Part shown: positions 23,595-38,500 of the stretch, piece after piece | Position numbering within the stretch: position 1 is the first letter of the stretch | How the letters are laid out: each line of letters opens with the position of its first letter | Assembly (NCBI GenBank): GCA_049724395.1 | Contig: JAUGWO010000023.1 | Coordinates: 62,001 to 126,000, forward strand | Reading direction: 5' to 3' | Origin: Spongospora subterranea f. sp. subterranea | Lineage: Eukaryota | DNA length: 64,000 bases | Notes under the pieces: generated by a model | Told to the model about the DNA's origin: nothing | What the model saw: the letters and a program-made list of their open reading frames with translations, nothing else | Database searches by the model: none | Position numbers and translations under genes: made by a program

Positions 23595-25210
23595 AAACAG
23601 CCATCAATCGAGTCGCTGTACGACGCGAACCAATCCGGCGCGACTTTGCAGCGAGTAGGAGCAGGGCTCTTTTATCGGCTTCGGCTCGTGTTCTTCCTTT
23701 TACTATCTGATCAATCACATTACCCATTCGCTATTATCATCTTATTTGTGGCGTCAACCAGATGCCGATATATAACCAGGGAGGATGATGCCGATATCAT
23801 CGAGATAATTAATGCGACCAGCGCTACTGTCATGGCAGCCCATTGCTGGGCCCAGCTGGATAATCCGATCAAAAGAAGGTCAAATACTCCAGATCCTCCA
23901 GCTGACACTTGTATGATCTTCTTGAACTGTTGGGCTGTAGTTTCTATAGAAGTTCTGGCGATCGTCGGCAAATCAACCCTAGCCAGCTCGGTTGCATTCA
24001 TGTTGGCAAAAGAATCGTGAACGTGGCGGACTTGGTCTTGTAATCTTCGAGATTCGCGATTGATCACGAACCATAGTAAAACATAAACGCCAACAACCAC
24101 ATACAGAGTGGCTTGTGCTGTTAACACGGCGACCAAAAGCGATGTCAAGGCAGTGACCGTGAGCAATATGGTCATGCCGAACGTGAACTTATCGAGGTAA
24201 TCAACCAGCCATAATATAGCACCGATTGTGGCTGTATCTTGGTTCGAGACCTGATCGCCCATTGGAGCGAACGCCTCGATAACGACACTATGTCGGGTAG
24301 ATCCCATTGTGAAATCTGATCCGCTACCCGTATTCACCTCCTCGTTGCTGTCATCATTACTCGCAACTGATACAGGCTCGACAATTTGTTTTGGTGGCGC
24401 GTTCTCTTTTGACTTTTGTTTGGCTTTCGGCTTTATCTTTTGTTTGACACTTTTTGGCCTATTTGATCTTTCTTCCAGGGACCGGCGGTGCCCTTTTTCG
24501 ATGTCGTGATCAACCTCCTCGTCGTCATCGTGATCAAAATTATCACCATTATCAGATGAGAATGAGTCAGTATCTGTGTGAATATGAGCGAATACAGATA
24601 ATGCATCACTATCGCCACGTGATAAATCATCACTCCATCCGACTTCGTCATCGCTCACTCTCCAACCTCCTCGGTCAGTTTCCCGCCTGACGTGATTGAT
24701 TGGAGGCGATGGCAATGCCACCGTATCAACAGGCCGCCTTGATTGTGCCAACCTATTATTTTGTCCAAGGTTACGCGGCATCCATACCTCCTTCATGTCC
24801 AAATCGATTCTCTTGGGTCTGGGAGCAGGTGATGATGGTCTCTGATCAATAGATCGATCGTAACGCCTTCTACGAACTGGTGACTGAACAGGCGATGATC
24901 GCTGACGATAGTGCCGTCCTCGCGGCGCTTGCAATGGTGTTGGGGCTGTTCGATGGCGATCATGACGCCTTCTACGATCATTATGCGCTCTAGTATCAGG
25001 CCGGGATATAAAACGGTATTCATCAAATGGAGGTGGGGATCTATCTGATCTCCTTCTATCATCATATTCAGATACTGATGGGGAGCTTAGATCCCAATTT
25101 GTTGGCCGCCTTCTCTCCGGCATAAAATTGGATCGTCGATCCTCTATGTAATTCCTCCTATCATGGCAATGGTATTGATCATAATTGTCGTCATAATCGT
25201 AGTTCATCAA
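23595..25210 (-). CDS. Unknown protein with Arg/Asp/Pro-rich disordered N-terminus and C-terminal TM helices; short last exon after an intron
   Basis: 496-aa ORF 23720-25210 with 3-4 hydrophobic segments; an acceptor near 23707 opens IVKGRTRAEADKRALLLLAAK..MAV*. Confidence 0.65.
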
Positions 25211-25835
25211 CTAGGCCATATACGATAGAGTATTAAACATTGTCAGGAACCCGGGCACGCGTCTTGCCCGTATTGTATCTTCATCATCGCTGTAAACATG
25301 CATTTGACCCCATTGCAGTCATTTTAACGTCAAACGCGCCGTTGCTGTATTTTAACTTGTTCAGTTTGTCATCTTGGCCCCACCGATTTGATCAATTCTA
25401 TATTCGAAATCAAAATCAATCAGCACTTTTGAAATCTACATGGTATGATTATTGCAGTTTATTTGCAAAAGGCCTAAAATTGTCAGTAGGTGTTGGACAT
25501 ACATTAGGTCTTGGCCCATGGGATAAACTCCAATACCAATATTAAGTGCGATTCCTGTTTGGGTAGTCCAGTTCATAATGAGGGCGATATTGGGGGGTCA
25601 ATCGAGTATGTGACGGGGACGAGTATAAAGGAGATCACGAGGGTTGGAGACGCAACCACCCCGTATAGATATGGGCTGAGCTACAAGAGCTGGACAGGGT
25701 CAGGGGGACAGAACGGGAACCTGAGGTCCCTCATCGACACGATCTGCCACAACGGACACACACACACACATATTAAACCGCATCGCGACGCTGATTCCCG
25801 TTGCCTGTAGCAAGCGAGCCAACAATTCGCCCTCC

Positions 25836-28264
25836 ATGACCAACGATGCTCAGCAAAGACTATTACCTTCTGAGCCTATAACTCCAACACATCGACAGCC
25901 AGAGCCGGATCTCGACACCTTCGACTGTTTCGAGTCCAATTCTCTGGTTCGTCGTATTGAAGTTCGCCGACGAACTCGCGGTTTCTTCAGACACCGAGCC
26001 GTTGTCAGGTGGATTCTAATTAGTGTCGTGGCGACCTTTACTGGGCTAATCGCATTGCTAATATGGGTCGTGACGCGTGGGATTCAGCACCAAAAGCTCT
26101 CCGCCACACATCGCTTGGTTAGGTCTGGCCACGTTCTAGCGCCAATACTGGTCCATTGCGGTACGTCATGCGTATTGGCATGCATGGCGGCCATGTTGGT
26201 GGCGTTTGTTGAACCGATTGCTGTATCATCTGGTATTCCTCAGATCAAGTGTGTTTTGAATGGGCTAAAGATTCCAAGAGTGGTCCGAGTCAAGACTCTG
26301 TTCGTAAAGGCGTTGGGCGTGGCATTCTCAGTGGCAGCTGGATTGCCTGTGGGAATTGAAGGCCCAATGATCCATTGTGGCGCTATATGTGGTGCTGGCG
26401 TCTCTCAAGGCAAATCCACGATGTTTGGGATTGATACGTCGTTCACCAAATTCAGCGGTTTTCGCAACGATAAAGAAAAGCGGGACTTCGTTTCGGCTGG
26501 AGCTGCTGCTGGTGTCGCTTGTGCATTTGGCGCCCCGATCGGAGGAGTTTTGTTCAGTCTTGAGGAAGGATCTTCCTTCTGGAATCAGAAACTGACCTGG
26601 CGAACTTTTTTCTGCTCCATGATGTCGTACTTCGTGTTGGCGATGTTTACGTCAGCGTTGGTCGACGATAATACATGGGGACGACTCAATGATTCGTCCA
26701 TGTTCACGTTTGGGGATTTCACGGCAATGGGACAAAACGAGTTCACCTATTCAGCGTACGAGCTCCCGTTATTTATTTTGATGGGAGTCTTTGGTGGTTT
26801 AGCTGGTGCATTATACAATCATCTCAACATGCTGATTACAAAATGGCGTCGTGTTTCGGTACAAAACCCAGGGCGTAAGATATTTGAGGCTGGAACGACA
26901 GGTCTTTTATTCGCTCTTTGCACGTTTTCCATTTCACTGGCGTATCGCGATCGCTGTATAAGTATTGACGAATCGCACGATAGTGTGACCCAACACATCG
27001 TTAGGTTCTATTGCGATGAAGGATATTTCAACCCATTGGCATCAATACTTCTTGTCCCCTTTGATCAAGCAATCAAACTACTGTTCCATTCGTCGTTCAA
27101 CTTCAATTATACTGATCTCTTGATCGTGTTCACGCTGATATTCGTGGCGTCGTGTTGGTGCTATGGACTATCAATCCCATCGGGTTTATTCATCCCCACA
27201 CTTTTTGCCGGCGCCGCATTTGGCAGGGCTATCGGTCAGATAGTAAACGATAATGCTGCGTTTGCCACAGTGGATGCTGGTACGTACTCCTTGATTGGTG
27301 CGGCAGCTGTTCTAGGTGGTATGGCACGAATGACCATTTCGCTAACAGTTATTCTCATCGAGGTATGTGACTTGAAATCGGTCAATACTCGTCTGATTGT
27401 TAAGGCTTGGGAAATAAATTGTCAGGCAACAGGCGACATTCAGTACGGATTGCCGATTATGATGACTTTAATGACCGCTCGATGGATGGGCGGCTGCTTC
27501 AATGAAGGTCTATACGACATTCATATCCATATGAACGGATGGCAGTTCCTGGAGTTCGACCCTCCTCCCGTCGTCCAGTACTTACTCGCGTTCGATATAA
27601 TGAGCATCGAACCTATATATCTGAGAGAAGTTGAAACTGTTGCCAGAGTAGTCGAAGTCCTCACGTAAGGCGCTGAAATCTCGTTTTACAGTTTCTGAAT
27701 CATGCTCCGTCTAGAAACTGTCAACATAATGGATTTCCAGTTGTTGAACGATCTGAGCCGTCATCTGGTGCCGTTATGCCTGCATTCTGTGGAATGATCA
27801 AGCGCCATCATTTGACCGTCCTTTTACAGGCTCATTGCTTTTCTGAAGAGATGCCGGAGCCGTATAAATCTCCACCGCGAATGCAATATGCTGCCATGGA
27901 AACATCCTATCCTCGTTACCCGACCATCGCCGATATTTGCCTGACACCCGCTGATCTGGAATCATTCATCGATCTAACTCCATATATGGATCCAGCCCCA
28001 TATGTGATGCAACAGCTTGCGCCAGCGTCGACAGTGTTCCGGCTATACCGTACGATGGGTTTGAGACACATTCCTGTCGTCACAAAGGCGAATCGTCTGG
28101 TCGGAATTATTACCCGAAAAGATTTAACCCACATCCGCTTCCGGCGACAACTCACCGAGCTAGTAAATGATCAAGGAGCCATGGCGGACCATGTCGGCCT
28201 ATACGAAGACGTGTCGCAATACGAATTCGTTAAGAACTTCCTCGAAAGACATCGTGCACCTTGA
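25836..28264 (+). CDS. CLCN7: CLC-6/7-type chloride/proton antiporter with two CBS domains
   Basis: SSGIPQIK, GIEGPMIH, GAPIGGVLFSLEEG, PSGLFIP, ARMTISLTVILIE, NEGLYDIH, HNGFPVV, GLRHIPVV..VGIITRKDL. Confidence 0.95.
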
Positions 28265-28440
28265 TGTGATTGAACGAGGGCAAGTGGACTCTATATATCC
28301 AAGCGAATGGTTTATTTATTCAATAATTAAAGAAGGCAAAGATGTCTGCATTGGCGGAGTTGCGGTCAGGTCTTTGTCAAAAGATTCGATTAATAATGGT
28401 AGGCTGGAAGAATAGACCAATGAAGACGAATCCGACTAGC

Positions 28441-31400
28441 TCACATTATGACAACAGTAACTTCGGATAATGAATTGGCATTGATTACCTGTTTGCACTG
28501 ACAAATAAGCTGGAACATGAACCTTCCTAATGATAGGAAACAGATAGGAAAGTTGACCGATGTTACACTTCCTGGTTCAACAATACCCAGATAATGATCC
28601 CAACTACCTAAATTGTAATATAAGTGGGTGAGAAAAATGAACAAGTTTCAACCCACCTGTCCAAATCAAGTGCTGTTGTAGATTGTATTCAAACGTTCCA
28701 GAAGACGTTTCATAGCAAGGGCGAGCTGAGACGGTCATGGACAATGGGCGAGCCACCCGACTTGTCAATACAACCCGAATCCAGTTAAATTCCCCGCGCC
28801 TAACAGATGGGGATGATGAGGAATACGTTTTCAGGACATCTAGGAGTGTTTCCAGTACGGATAGAATCGATTATGAGCATTGACAGTGATTCGGTCAACG
28901 TCGAACTGTTGTTGATCACGATGAGAAGAATGTAGATAAGGTGAAACTGGAGGTGAGATTAGATTGTTGCTGGAAGCAAAAAACCATCAGTGTCGAAGTG
29001 GTTAGAATTAAAACCAGCACCTGTTCGCATCATGAAGCGCTGGCTGATGTGGATTTGATGACCCATTGAGCTCGAACTATTAACAGAGCGTTATATTTTT
29101 CACTGGTGCGGTTGAACCCCCAACCTGAAATATAAACGGATCTGGAATGACGTGGCGTAGATGAGAAGGAGAAACTAAACAAGGGGGCACACAAAGGATG
29201 CCAGACGCATTTAGATCACAGCGTGAGACCTATCCAACGTCAATAACTGTATTCTTGGTTTGCTAATATTCAGGAAAAAGCAAGTACCTGCCAGCGTAAG
29301 TTCATGCGATCCAAAAATGTATCCCGACACTGAAGAAATTCTGGTGGCAGCAAGCTGAGATTATGCATACGAGAAGAGTCGTTTTCTAAAAAAATATCGA
29401 TTTTTGGCATGAGGAGTAGCTAGATGGTTTTACCAAACGAAGCAATTATATCATCCATATCATCCCCAAACGATTCCTTACAAAGCGGAAATATGATTCG
29501 TCGATTTGACATAGCTTCGACAACGTACGATAAAGAGCCTGCGAATTCCACTGATGACTATACGGTTGTCTTCGCAAGTCAGCAAACCCCAAACCACGGT
29601 CAGGAATAGCCTTTGGCGTTATGCAAAACCGATCTGGAGCCGTGTTGATGACTTCAATAATCACCATGCAATCGCCTTGGCCGAATGACGAAAAATTAAC
29701 AACGTCTTACGATGAGGATGAATCAGTTATCAATGGACTTGGAAACATAACAATAACCTTCAACAACGGAAGAGCCAGATTCTTGGTTTGATTGGTAGCT
29801 AGCAAACGGATACACCTGAAACGTCATCGGTCATTTTGAACAACATGTACAATCCACCGACTTCTAGAGACTTGATCTTGAGTCCTGACTGAATGACCAG
29901 TGGAATATGTAACAAGGTCTCGCGATAAAAATTTGCATCGGTGTCGGCAGCGTAAGAAATTCGGACCAAACATGAACCACTAAGCCGGATTCAGCTCTAG
30001 CGAGGTTCAAAATACAGACTCATCCCACCTGTTCTCACCGCAATCAATATCAACCAGAACCTGTACAGACTCTCCGACTGATAAGCATAGATTTGACATA
30101 TTTGGCGTTCGGAATCGCGGTGGTTTCTTTAATGCCTCCTGATTGATCTCGAAGCGCAACGAGATGTCGTTGACGACAAGTTTGCCGACATTATGTAGGA
30201 TTAGAGAAAACGAGGTTGCCTACACCAGGAAAGAAATAAACAGCGTCATTTAAATTAATAACACTAAACAGACTTGACCAAAGTACAACTCAGGCTGTTG
30301 CTCAACTCGAGCCTCGATGGCAGGAATTTCAGGGGTGACAAAAACCGAAGACATTGGGGACCTGTTGTTGAATGCTAAACAGTCAATGTGAACCAATTTT
30401 GATCATCATACAGGATTTTATGGAATGAATCAAGATTAAATGCTCTGATTTTGATGGAACGGAAATTGAGTAAGCCAGAAGATAGTGGCAAAATGGGCAA
30501 TCGAAATGTCTGCTCGGACAAGGGTGGAAGCAAAACCGATATTGGATAGGATTCATAATCAATGCCGCTGCAGCAGGCAGATATTCGCGACAGAAACACC
30601 TCTAAAGAGATAGATTAGCAAGGCACTATAGGCACTAGAAAGAAACTTGACCGATTCGCAACGGATTTCTTAGCGAGACTTCGATATTGAATATCTCTTC
30701 ACAAGCAACTTGAAGAGGCAGCACCTGGTTTTCCTTAGGGGTGGTCGAAGAAGATGCCGAAGGTCGATACAGGAACACATCTTCAAATGAGTGCTTACGC
30801 GAACGTTTAGGAGTGACGGCCTTCTTCCTATGAACGAACACGTCTTTACAATTGATAACCGAGTGTAAGGTTTTAGAGCCCGACCTGGGTTTTGGCCGCA
30901 GCGTCTCTGGTTGTTCGATTAGACCAAAACCAGTTAACACGGGAACGCCAATGACGCCAATCGACTGATTAGCAGGAACCAACAACGCATGACGAGTTAA
31001 ATCCGAAGCTACGATAGATTGGGTGAGGACACGTTGTACGAAATATATAGCAACCCATACAGGTAGAAATTTGATCTGAAGGATGACGCAGCTTAACAAG
31101 AAGGTTTGACATATAGCCACACGCGTTATATAGATTGTCCAGGACTTTAGCCGACTTAAATAAGTTCTGTCAACACCGCCAGCTGGAGCGTATTCCATCC
31201 AGATAATGAATCAGATGATAACCTATAAACAGGGGCGCAAAGAGCTAACTGATATTCACCCATTTATCATCAAATTTTGCACATAAATAAGTGAATATTC
31301 ACCGTATGATGCGATTCAACCCACATCTCTTTCTGCGAGTATAGCAGCGACGCTTCTCTCATGAACATCCCGAATTTTCGCGAGGCTCCTTGAGAATGGC

Positions 31401-32726
31401 TAAGCATGGCGGCCTCAAGCACCAAGCTAATCTTATCGTCGATTGGAAGCTCTGTACATGATTCGTATGCGCGTGAAAGGTTAACTGTAAACATAAGATT
31501 ACTAATTCGAGGAAGAGGCAATAGTGAGCAACATACAAAGAGAATCGGATGTAAACCTATTGCTCGCTGCAAAACGGGCCATCTTCATAAACAATCCGAC
31601 TAACAAAGGTGCTATGTTTTCTGGTCGGCGACGATAGTTACGACAAGCCTTTTCGAGCATTGCCATTCGATATTCATAGGCCATGTTGACGTCGCAGCAG
31701 ACAATCCCTTCTAAGGCGGCAGCCCTCCATACAAAATCACCGGCGGTTCGTGCAGAGTCGGCAGCGGCCTGGTATAATTCTTTGGCATCAGCAATAATAC
31801 CGCAAAGCAGACTGTAATCGGCAGACTGTTTAGCAATTCGCCCCTATATGTGAAGATTAACACAATGCGGCAATAGGCAGGGTGAACCTTATACTGGAAG
31901 ATACCGTCTCCTCTTTGATGGATCCCCTTGGAGCGACGGAGAGTCCAATATGGTGTAAGGAAACTCTTGGGAGGCATTCAGGGAAATCACAGCACCCAAC
32001 ATATCCTGAATACTGATATATGAGTTAGTTCAAATTACGAATGGTCATTTCTTACATGAACTAATCTCTCGGCAATATCCATCATGACCGTATTCATGTA
32101 AAACTGTAGATGTTTGCTGTCAGAATTCGGGAACCTGTAAATAGTGTGAAACCATTGTCACGATCAAGCCTCAATCGCCAACATGACAAGGTCCTTTCTT
32201 TCAACAAGATCCTGTTGCGAATCCAGCGGTTCGAACACCATACAATGTGCTTGCAAAGCGGTTGGAAATCGTTTAGCAACTTGCAGGAACTGATTGTAGG
32301 CTATATCCAGGTCAGGATTCGATGGGCAGTGAACCAGGCCAATTACAGCCATTACTCGACGATATAGATATAACGAGTCCCATTGACTTTCTGGTGGGCC
32401 AAAAGACGTAAGCAGACATAAGGTCATTTCCGAATATTAACACATACTAAGAAAGTTACTGTTATCGACGAAGTTTAGAAGCAAGTAGTCGGTTGATTTT
32501 GAGGAACGCTTGAATGGATTGTTAGGAGGAAGGTTGATAGATTCAAGATCAAACCTTGTATTCCGCCGGAGTACTTGCTGAATTGGCGTTGCGTAACTTA
32601 GTATTGATAACTTTGGAAGTAAACCATTACCAGGTATTTATTGAGGCCTTGCGCTGGAGATTCACCAATAACGACGACCGCGATCAAGATGGACCGATGT
32701 CCTTCGGCGTCGGACCAGACGTCCAT
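28441..32726 (-). CDS. TRAPPC9: TRAPP II subunit TRAPPC9/Trs120, many exons
   Basis: N-terminus MDVWSDAEGHRSILIAVVVIG, WDSLYLYRRVMAVIGLVHCP, RKFGMFMREA, EVSLRNPL and Ig-like beta-rich C-terminal exons. Confidence 0.75.
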
Positions 32727-33635
32727 CGATGGTTAGATGTGGTCTGACCCGCTCAGACACGTACAGATGTCGGTCCTGATTTGATTCAGATGCCCCAAAT
32801 AATGTTGATGGCACCGCCTTCGTCTCCCTTCCTCTTACGGACACATTCCGTTATGATCGCGATAACGGACCTGATCGCCGATACCGCCGGGTGTAATGTA
32901 TATGAGTGGGCGGGTTAGGTTCAGATAAGGTAACGGTGACCAGTACAGCGTTATCGTTCACACAGGTATTACTCGCACACTAGGAATGAGGCCTCGTAAC
33001 GAGAAATAGATCAAGCGCTTGATATAGAGAGGACATGAAAAATCGTTAATAACAAATCCAAATCCATGTTCAAGTCAAGGTTGAAGTTTTTTAATGGCGC
33101 ACGTTGACAATAATCGAATGACATGCTCGAGCTATCGCCCACGAAAACACCTGGTAGCTATGCGAAGTGCTGACATAAAAACCAGCGATAGTAATGCGCT
33201 TTGACGAACCGATGACCTGGTTAATTCGATAATGATTAGCGCGAACTATTTTTTCCGATGGGTCTGGACGGGCCGGAGAAAGGTTAATTTCTCATACCCG
33301 CTCTCAGGAAAAAACTGTCTGTCCGAAAACTGGACCGAAATAAATCTTAATGAATCATGCGAAAGGTGACACATTTTGGGGAACCGAATTTTGCCGCTCA
33401 CCGAACCAGGGCGTTTTTCAGCTCTCCTCATGACGATTAATCTGTTCTGCTTTGGTTGTATTATTAAGGCCGTTTCGATTTGTGGTGATGCAGTCAGGGC
33501 TACCCTGGTGGGAGAGTTTTTTCCCAGATATGGTGGACAATTTGTGCCCGGAACTCGGGTTGCGCCGTGCGTTCTTCGACACACCGGTACTGTCATAGGG
33601 TTGCGCATCTTGACAGTCATTGCGTTCATGACATC

Positions 33636-34885
33636 ATGCCTCATGGGGTTGCACCCGGTTCATCTCCTCAGAGTCAGAGAGGTGACTGCTGATGGTCATG
33701 AGGTTGCGCATAACCCTAACATCCAGTTATAGGGGAAACCAATGAACTTATCGTCGTCTCCATCGTCTTCACAATCGCCATCCGATTCCATATGGTCGGC
33801 CGTCACCTATGGCCTTCATGCTGTTGGGGCTCTGTATTTCACTGGAGCTCTACGTGATTTACATCGATCCTACTCAATCGGCAACGCCCCAATATATGAT
33901 GTACCCATTACTGGTCCATTGCTTTACCTGACCATAATTAATTCAAGCCCTTTATTAGGATCTTTCTAAGCTAGATTTAAGAAAACGGACAGGTCTGAAC
34001 GTGCATTAACGGCATCATCGTCGCGCTAATGCTATTTCAGATCTGGTTCAGATTCGCGGTCATATTCGTAGTCCTAATCCTCTGAAAGTCGATCAGTCCA
34101 CAGAGCCTGTGGTTATGATGTCTCATGTGCAAACAGGTATCAAATTTAGTGTTTGGGCATTACTACGATTGCCCAGACTTGTGGTTTATTTGTATTAACG
34201 TAGGACGATATGTTAGTTATTACGGCTCAATGAGGGAAATGTTTCTGTCTCAAGAGGTTCATGTAGCGCCCTTTTATGTCACAACATCGTCTGAAGCATA
34301 TAAAGATGCAAATTCTATCTGGATCTCGCGAAATTTCAGTGCGACAATTCCCAAATTTTTCTGCCCCGACCTGTTGAACGTGGTATGTTATTTGTTATGT
34401 CTAGGCAGAAAATTGAGGCAGGCTATGTATGAATGTGCAGATCAGTGAAAAGACAGAGCAGGTTCGGCCTTTTGCTAGTTCGTTCTTAGCATCGCTCCTG
34501 GGCGTGCGCCTTCCTTTTGAGACAATTGAACGTGTATCGGTGCTTCCTGTAGATTGCGAGGCCCTAGTTATCTCTAGAATAGAATGCGATTCACTTTCGC
34601 GAATCAGAATGGCAAAGTCACCTTGGTATTTATTCCCATGATGGGGTTTATGACTCGAAGGTTTACTGTTCTGTTTATAGGTGGTCACTATATCCACCCG
34701 ATGTAAACGTAGTCACTACGTCAACAACCGAGGACGTTGTTGAGGAAATGCAGACGCGCGCCATCGAACGAACCTTTGCGGCTCTCGCGTATTTACATTG
34801 AATCCGTATTGTATAAGTTAAACTTATCGTCTACAGGTTTTTCTCGGTCGGTGCGCTTTCTCATTATTTAAGAACGCATCAATAA
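33636..34885 (+). CDS. Multi-exon membrane protein, possibly GIDE-domain (MUL1/SP1-like) without a RING
   Basis: Spliced exons give TM - LVQIRGHIRSPNPL - VAPFYV - ERVSVLPV - TM, the layout of GIDE proteins; assignment by recall only. Confidence 0.45.
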
Positions 34886-34935
34886 ATCATTCATCGAAAT
34901 GTTTTTCAGCGCATTTAGTTTAATATCACGTTGCA

Positions 34936-35463
34936 TTATTTTTCGGGATCTAATATATCGGAACGTTTGAGGCATTCGACATTCAGTTGTTCGATGAAAT
35001 CGTCCAGTTTTGCGTCATGGTTTACCTCGATTGCTGTCGAGATTTCGTTTTTTTCTTGATCTTGCCATTTGAATAATATGTTGTGTCCTCCTTTCGCGCG
35101 ATGCTCCAAAGAGATTGCTACAAAATCGATAGCTGGTACTTCACGTAAGAGCTTATCCTGCCCCAGCAGAAAACGTCTTTCCAAAATTGCAATTCGTTGT
35201 TGCCCAATCACAACATGTATCTGTTTTTGCCTGAACGGCAATGTTGCCAAGAAAATCGATATTGAAAAAAGTATAATGGCGCCGGATACGGCGAACGCCT
35301 CTTGCATGATTGATTTGGTGTCGTTCTGTGAATTAAGCTGCGAAGTAGCGGCAATGCAACAGCCTGCACCAATCATGGAAAACAGAGATAGGAAAAAAGC
35401 GGTGTGAGAGGCGCCTGATCCGGCAGTCCAGGTCATCCGAATTGGGAACTCATAATCGCTCAT
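34936..35463 (-). CDS. Unknown two-TM protein
   Basis: 175-aa ORF with two hydrophobic helices followed by a beta-rich tail. Confidence 0.65.
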   Translation of the reverse strand: MSDYEFPIRMTWTAGSGASHTAFFLSLFSMIGAGCCIAATSQLNSQNDTKSIMQEAFAVSGAIILFSISIFLATLPFRQKQIHVVIGQQRIAILERRFLLGQDKLLREVPAIDFVAISLEHRAKGGHNILFKWQDQEKNEISTAIEVNHDAKLDDFIEQLNVECLKRSDILDPEK

Positions 35464-35534
35464 TCTGGATCTATCGATTTGTATTGCTCAGGGTACATGC
35501 GATCGTATACGGGTGGTATCGCTTTGAAATCCTC

Positions 35535-38500
35535 TTATAGTCCCTGCAACCAAAATTTTATGTCATGTGGAATTTGCACGTTGATGAAAGGATTTTGAGC
35601 CGGTAGAACCTGTTTGGATCGGATGCGAAGTGGGCGACGTGTAATCTGCTCATATCTGTTTATTATCTGCTTTTGTAGTTTAGCTTTGATCTGGTGACGG
35701 CTATCCTGTGAACATACATTCGCCACGCCAGAAATGCTTCTCGTTTGCACAGTATCGTCAGCTCGTATAACCGGCGTGCCTGTTCTTTTTGGCGTTGATC
35801 ATGGGTATGTGCCTTCCAAGGATGGAAACATCGGGCTTGCACCATCAGTCGAGCCCTTTCACAATAAACGGTTACGTATTCTAAACGGCGCTTCGAGAGC
35901 CGCGCTTGCAAAGCGATCGACACAAATACTTTGCGCATGAGACTCAATTGACGATATCGAATCGCCTTCAACTTGAGCTCACGACGGCTACAAATTTTGA
36001 TGAACTTTTCAAACCATATATGTAGTGCTTGGCGTTTCACCAGAATTATCTGATTTGCTGCAAATATTCGTATTGATTTTCTAATGCGCCATGAAACAAG
36101 AAGCATTTGCTGCCACATGTTGAAACAGTTCCAATACAAGGATTGTTGATAGAACTTAACCGCTGATTGAACCTGGATTTGTCGTTTTTTCCTTGTGGAC
36201 GTCCAATATCTCCAATGTCGGACGGCTTGATCTGAGTTTAATCATCAGGTATTGTCTTATTTTTACGAATGGCAATTACCTTTATGTAGATTTGCAAAAT
36301 GTTTGCGATACTGAGCATCTACATGAACTCCAATCCATCCAAGGAAAGCAGCATTTTTTCGGGCGGCGTGCCTTAATAAAAATGAGCATACCTTTTTGCA
36401 ATCATAATGAGGCATTTTCCATACGAACCTTTGGCTGTTCCACATGCACGTCAGTTCACTGAAAATCTGCCTAGACCTCTGCTTCGATTTTGCGAACCCG
36501 AGCCAAGCTCTAAAGCCGGTCGCAGCTGATTCGGTAGTTGACCGAAACGCTGAATGAAACCAAGGACAGGCCACGGCTAGACGCTGAGATAGAATCACAC
36601 GCGATCGTTTGTTCCTCTTAACCTTGACAACGTATCCTCGCCAGTTCCTGATCGATGATCTCTGAAACATCTCTTGACGTTTCTGCACAAATGTTCGAAA
36701 TGATTGCGAAACGGTGTAGGAGAGAGTCCAGCGACGCCAAAAGTGAGTCTTGAGCTTTCCAGAGTGTCCCCTAGTGATCCGATTGTATCGATGATAGAGC
36801 TGGGCAGCGATACGGAGCTTGCGCCATTGGATGCGTAATTTATATCGAATAGCGGCTCGAATCAGTCCTCGTTGTCTCCAGTTGAAAGAATAGGCCAGAC
36901 ACCAGGCCTCGAACCCTGTTCTAGTAATGTTTTTGCTGTGTCTGATGCCAATAGTCAAGGACAGCTCACGTAACCGAGACCGAAGGCGGATGCACCCAAC
37001 TAAACCAATTAGTCCACGAACAAGACGAAGATGACTGCGAACATCCACAACCATCTGTTCCAGGCATCGATTGCGCTCGACAACTGTAAAGGAGTATGAC
37101 CAAATGCGGAAAGTCTGCGAAAGACGGCACCGGTAGTGATATTGCTGTGCCTGGTCTTGGTCTTCGCGAATTCGCACTTGAAACGCCCTTTGAGAAGCCC
37201 AAACAGCCCAACTGTTCTGTTTGCTGGAATGTAACAGGCCAGCTCGACATCGATGGATAACCATCATTAGTTTTGTTTTGTTGCGGGCATATGCCATCCA
37301 AGCTCTAAAACTCTTCGATACCTGCAGCTTCCGAACCTGGTTTCTTATATTGTAACGGCGTTGCAATCTTCTGCGCCAAACACGAAGACTTGAACGATAA
37401 TGTATCAGCCGTATTGTTTCTGCAGCAGCGTCTGAAGCCCTTCGGCGATCGGCAACGAATCGCCATCTAACTCAGAATCAATATCGCAACAAATCCACAT
37501 AACCCAACCGAGACAACACCTTGTAAAAATGAAAGATTTGAACAAAGAATAATTAATACGCTTATAAGCGCGGTGATATAATTGGGTGACCCGCCGATGC
37601 TCAAGTAAACCCAGAATGGATCGCTTCAACATTTTTCGCCTCTGGAACGCTGAAGCAATGGCAAGAAATTGCCTTTTTGAGGAATGTGATCTGGAGTATT
37701 GTACCCATTGAATGACGCTCATTCTGATGGTCCGCTGAACAAATAATTGGTAAAACAGACGAACATTTAATTCTAAGTGCTCGTTGATCTTCTAATTCGT
37801 TTTTCCAAGAGGTATAAGCGAAGCAAAGGGTTTTCGATCGACGACACTGGTTTGCGGCTCGAGCTCGATTCTTCATGAGCGTCATGCGACTCCAGGCTTG
37901 AAATAATCTAACCGCGCGCTTCTGCATCGCGCCGTTAGCCCGACGATTAGCTTGGAGACAGACAATCCAACTGAAAAAGAATGAAGATAATAGGCGCTGA
38001 CAATATCGAATGTAGATTTTCTTTAGAGACGTCTTGAGATAAGAAATTCGCTTCAATTCCAGAAATACACGTCGCAGCAGAATATTCTGAGAATTAAGTA
38101 TCGCTTTTTTGTTTGCAATGCCGGCGCTTTGTAAGATGCGATTTCGACGCTGCCATGTATAAAACGTTCTGCGTAATAGTACCGATTTATGATGATATTT
38201 CGCCTTTGAACTATTGAGAAAGCAGCATCTCCAAACACGAAAATGCTCGGCACAAATAGCTACGATATGGCGGCGCGATATAGCTTGAGAGAAGCTGCAA
38301 GTGGCAATTCGACATTTATGCCAACTAATCCAGGTTTGCATGAACGATAAAACAAGAATGCGATGTCTGGCCAGGAAAACTGAATATTCTCTTAACCAAA
38401 TTGAGAAATGGGTTCTGTACAAAGTACGAAACCGAATGACTTTCACCCGTTGATGCATTTTCCTGAAGTTGTGCTGTTTGCGCCACTTTCTTATCGCCAA

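Noticed and set aside
23572..23710. C/D snoRNA (ATGATGA...CTGA)
   Set aside because: It overlaps the probable last coding exon of the - strand gene, and the CTGA is the antisense of that exon's splice acceptor.
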